NCBI GenBank assembly: GCA_964461845.1
Contig: CAYWVH010000001.1
Coordinates: 183,487-247,486 of the forward strand
Direction: 5' to 3'
From: an uncultured Wenzhouxiangella sp.
GTDB taxonomy: Bacteria; Pseudomonadota; Gammaproteobacteria; Xanthomonadales; Wenzhouxiangellaceae
DNA: 64,000 bases
Below, in pieces: positions 61,203-64,000 of this stretch (within the stretch, counting starts at the first letter, position 1; every line of letters begins with the position of its first letter). A model generated the notes under the pieces. That model searched no databases. It worked only from the letters and a program-made list of their open reading frames with translations, and was not told where the DNA came from. Made by a program: the position numbers and the translations under genes.

Positions 61203-62930
61203 GTGGCTCACCGAAACGCAGTGCGCGCCTCGTTGGTCTTAGCCCCATTGGCTTTCTTGGCGTTGGTAACTGTTTTGGCGCAGTGTTCGCAAACCGCTCG
61301 TTGGGATCTGACTGAGAACAAGATCCATACCTTAAGCGACGGAGCCAGGACAGTGCTGATGGGTTTGGATGAAGAGGTCAGGATGCGGCTGTATTTCAGT
61401 GAGCAGGCGAGCACAGATCTACCAGCGCTTGGCTTCTATGCCAAGCGGGTGAGCGATTTTCTAGATGAGGTGCGGCTGGTGTCTGATCGCCAGATTGCCA
61501 TTGAGTGGAGGGATCCCCAGCCCTTCTCTGAGGCAGAGGATGAGGCGCTGTTGGCTGGGCTGAGTGGTTTGCCCATTGGCCCTAGGGGTGATCCGGTTTA
61601 CTTTGGCTTGACCATGCAGTCAAGCTCAGGCGCGGTCGCAACGATCCCTTTTCTATCACCAGACCAAGCATATTTGTTGGAATATCAAGTATTGCAGGCA
61701 TTGGATGAGGTGACTCGTCAACGAAGGCCTCGAGTGGCCTTGGTGACGGACTTGCCCATCCAATCTTGGGTCATTTATGAAGATATGCAGGCTCGTTATG
61801 AATTGATCGAGGTCCCCGTCGCTGCTGAGGCCTTGCCATCAGGGCTTGATTTGGTGCTGTTGATTCAGCCATCCGTAATCAGCCCCAAGCTTTTTGAAGC
61901 GCTCGAGGCGGCTATCAAAGAAGGGCAGTCGTTTTTAATATTGATTGATCCATTGATTCAAAGCATCCCCCAAGCGGCAGCGCCCGACCCAAAGGTGGAT
62001 CAATTATTGGACCTCTTGGGCGTTGCTGTAGGGCTCGAAGAATTTGTCGCTGATGCTCGGCTTGGTCTTCAAGTCACCTTAGAACCCAACGCATCACCCA
62101 TACGCCATCCTGCGATTTTGGGTCTGACGGGGCAGTCACTGAATCGAGAGGATGTGGTGACAGCTGAGCTAGACGCCATCAATATTGCCAGCGCCGGCAT
62201 GGTGGGTCGTCCACCCACAAGTGATCGGGCTTTGAATGTGTTGTGGCGCTCGTCGAGCCAGTCCGCTTTGTTGCCGGTGACGAGGTTATTGGCAGCGACG
62301 GATGTGGCTGCGACAACTGCCCAGATCCTAGCAGAGCTTCCAGAGCAGTCGGAATCCTTGGCCATCGCTGCCCGTGTGTCTGAGCCCAGCCACTCGGTTG
62401 TCATTGCAGATGTGGATTTTTTGGCCGATCAGTATTGGGTCTCTCGGCAGGATTTACTGGGAACACAGTGGTTGGATCGGTTCGCCAGTAATGGGTCTTT
62501 TATGCTGAACTTGATAGACAACCTGGTGGGTGATCCGGCGCTGATTCAGTTGAGAAGCCGTGATGTCTCATTTAGGTCTTTCGAGCTGGTGGATGAGCTT
62601 AGGCGCAGTGCTGAGATGCAGTTGCTGGCCACCGAGCAAAGACTTGAGGCTGCTTTAGAGGCAGCAAACCAACAGCTGCGGGCGCTTCGTTTGGACCAAG
62701 ACTCAGCCAATCTCGAGCAGAGTCAAACTCAAATTGAGGCTTTTGTGGCTGAGCGCGCCAGGCTTCGCCAGGAGTTAAGAGCGGTTCGACGCGATCTAGA
62801 TCAGAACATCAACAGGCTGGGTCAGCAACTGACTTGGATCAACATTTTGTTGGTGCCTTTATTGATCCTTGGGGTTTATGGCACCTTTTTTGCTCGCCGT
62901 GTACTGAGCCGACGCTCGACGGGCTTTTAG
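61203..62930 (+). CDS. GldG-like ABC auxiliary component
   Basis: N-terminal TM then WDLTENKIHTLS, LEYQV, VIADVDFL, NGSFMLNLIDNLVG, coiled coil, C-terminal TM. Confidence 0.82.
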   Translation: MAHRNAVRASLVLAPLAFLALVTVLAQCSQTARWDLTENKIHTLSDGARTVLMGLDEEVRMRLYFSEQASTDLPALGFYAKRVSDFLDEVRLVSDRQIAIEWRDPQPFSEAEDEALLAGLSGLPIGPRGDPVYFGLTMQSSSGAVATIPFLSPDQAYLLEYQVLQALDEVTRQRRPRVALVTDLPIQSWVIYEDMQARYELIEVPVAAEALPSGLDLVLLIQPSVISPKLFEALEAAIKEGQSFLILIDPLIQSIPQAAAPDPKVDQLLDLLGVAVGLEEFVADARLGLQVTLEPNASPIRHPAILGLTGQSLNREDVVTAELDAINIASAGMVGRPPTSDRALNVLWRSSSQSALLPVTRLLAATDVAATTAQILAELPEQSESLAIAARVSEPSHSVVIADVDFLADQYWVSRQDLLGTQWLDRFASNGSFMLNLIDNLVGDPALIQLRSRDVSFRSFELVDELRRSAEMQLLATEQRLEAALEAANQQLRALRLDQDSANLEQSQTQIEAFVAERARLRQELRAVRRDLDQNINRLGQQLTWINILLVPLLILGVYGTFFARRVLSRRSTGF

Positions 62931-62971
62931 TGCTCGCCGGCGAGGGCGTCAGGGCTCAATTCGCCAAACGT

Positions 62972-63883
62972 TCACTTCGTGGTCGGATCAAGCAGTGTCT
63001 GGTCGAGGGACTTGAAGACTTGAGCCACGGCCATCAGCAATTCTTCCCTGAGGCTACTTTTGCGCCAGGCCATGGCAATCGTTCTTTGGGGTTGCGGTGG
63101 GCTAAAAGGCCGAGTCACCACATTGTCTGTTTTGGTGACTGGGGGTTGGGTCGCCAGGATGGGCATCAAGGTCACACCGCTGCCGGCCGCCACCATGTAG
63201 CGCAGTGTCTCTAGGCTCGAAGCTTGAAAATCCAGCTGCTCTTTCGCGCCAGAGAGTTGGCAAACATCCAATGCGTGTTGTCTTAAGCAGTGTCCATCTT
63301 CCAACAACAGCAATTGTTCAGTGCGAAGATCGCCCAGACTCACCGATGGCTGTTTGGCCAGAGGGTGATCGGTGGGTAGCACCAACACGAAGGGCTCGTC
63401 GAATAAGGGCTCAACATGCAGCTGGTCGTCATGAAGGGGCAGTGCGAGTAATATCGCATCGACGACACCTGTGGCGAGCATGGCCATGACTCGCTCTGTT
63501 TTTTCTTCGAATAATCTCAAGGTGAGTTTGGGGAATTTCTGTCTGAGTGTCGGGATGACATGAGGCAATAAATAGGGTGCGAGGGTAGGGAATACCCCGA
63601 GGCTTAATGTGCCAGCGAAAGGGTCATCGGCATCCCGAGCGAGCTGTCGAATGGCTGCCGTTTCCGAAACGATGATTCTGGCGCGTTCTAGGATCCTCTG
63701 ACCAATGGGGGTCAGCATCACTTGCCGTGAGTTTCGTTCAATGAGGTCCGTCCCCAGCTGCTCCTCTAGTTTCTTGATTTGGGTGCTCAGCGTGGGCTGG
63801 CTGACGTGGCAACGCTCGGCCGCTTTTCTAAAATGCCGAAGTTCGGCCAGTGCGATGAAGTACTGGAGCGCTCGAATGTTCAT
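62972..63883 (-). CDS. oxyR: Peroxide-sensing LysR regulator OxyR
   Basis: LysR HTH (HFRKAAERCHVSQPTLS), PTLAPYLLP, LLEDGHCLRQHALDVC with both redox Cys 9 residues apart. Confidence 0.92.
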   Translation of the reverse strand: MNIRALQYFIALAELRHFRKAAERCHVSQPTLSTQIKKLEEQLGTDLIERNSRQVMLTPIGQRILERARIIVSETAAIRQLARDADDPFAGTLSLGVFPTLAPYLLPHVIPTLRQKFPKLTLRLFEEKTERVMAMLATGVVDAILLALPLHDDQLHVEPLFDEPFVLVLPTDHPLAKQPSVSLGDLRTEQLLLLEDGHCLRQHALDVCQLSGAKEQLDFQASSLETLRYMVAAGSGVTLMPILATQPPVTKTDNVVTRPFSPPQPQRTIAMAWRKSSLREELLMAVAQVFKSLDQTLLDPTTK

Positions 63884-63890
63884 GGCATTT

Positions 63891-63939
63891 ATTATATAGA
63901 AAAACTATTGATAATCGATTGATCTTTTCATTCTTCAAT
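63891..63939. promoter_or_regulatory. AT-rich LysR/OxyR operator-like region
   Basis: ATAG(63896)-N7-ATTG(63907)-N7-ATTG(63918), 11-bp periodicity like OxyR tetranucleotide boxes; only a partial match to ATAG-N7-CTAT. Confidence 0.4.
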
Positions 63940-64000
63940 CAGGGTCAGCGGCGGGTTCATTTGGGTGCGCCGAGAATCAATGCAGCCAGTGCCCGTCGGT

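Noticed and set aside
59543-62930. Evidence of gliding motility or type IX secretion
   Set aside because: No gldK/L/M/N or spr genes are in the window, and GldAFG-like clusters occur in non-gliding Proteobacteria

Overview
Gene-dense, almost entirely housekeeping window from a gammaproteobacterial chromosome. Gene order resembles Xanthomonadales/Wenzhouxiangella-like bacteria (inference, not a database result). I saw no tRNA/rRNA, CRISPR array, IS or prophage. Layout: (1) a ~25 kb plus-strand run: yqaA-nlpD fusion, amidase, mutL-miaA-hfq-hflXKC-purA, serS-serC-pheA-hisC-aroA-cmk-rpsA-ihfB-lapAB, GT4/CapD pair, esterase, nfuA; (2) two tandem monoheme cytochromes c; (3) glutaryl-CoA dehydrogenase + fused 2-oxoacid dehydrogenase E1 + TIGR01777; (4) an ~18 kb minus-strand run: lptM, methyltransferase, dapF, DUF484, xerC, hslVU, mlaFEDCBA, kbl, flavin monooxygenase, ccmABCDEFGHI; (5) carboxylesterase, hemX-hemY, typA, an ACAD10/11-type dehydrogenase + phosphotransferase pair, prpB-prpC; (6) an M14 deacylase divergent from a GldA/F/G-like ABC system, and oxyR. 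Best leads: an in-frame DedA(YqaA)-NlpD fusion with an internal lipobox, directly upstream of a septal amidase; a GcdH + fused E1 pair that could be a non-SucA-type 2-oxoadipate dehydrogenase; an LvaC/LvaA-like pair next to the methylcitrate genes; and the mla operon butted against hslVU downstream of a sigma32-like promoter. All product calls come from motif recognition and synteny; no searches were run.
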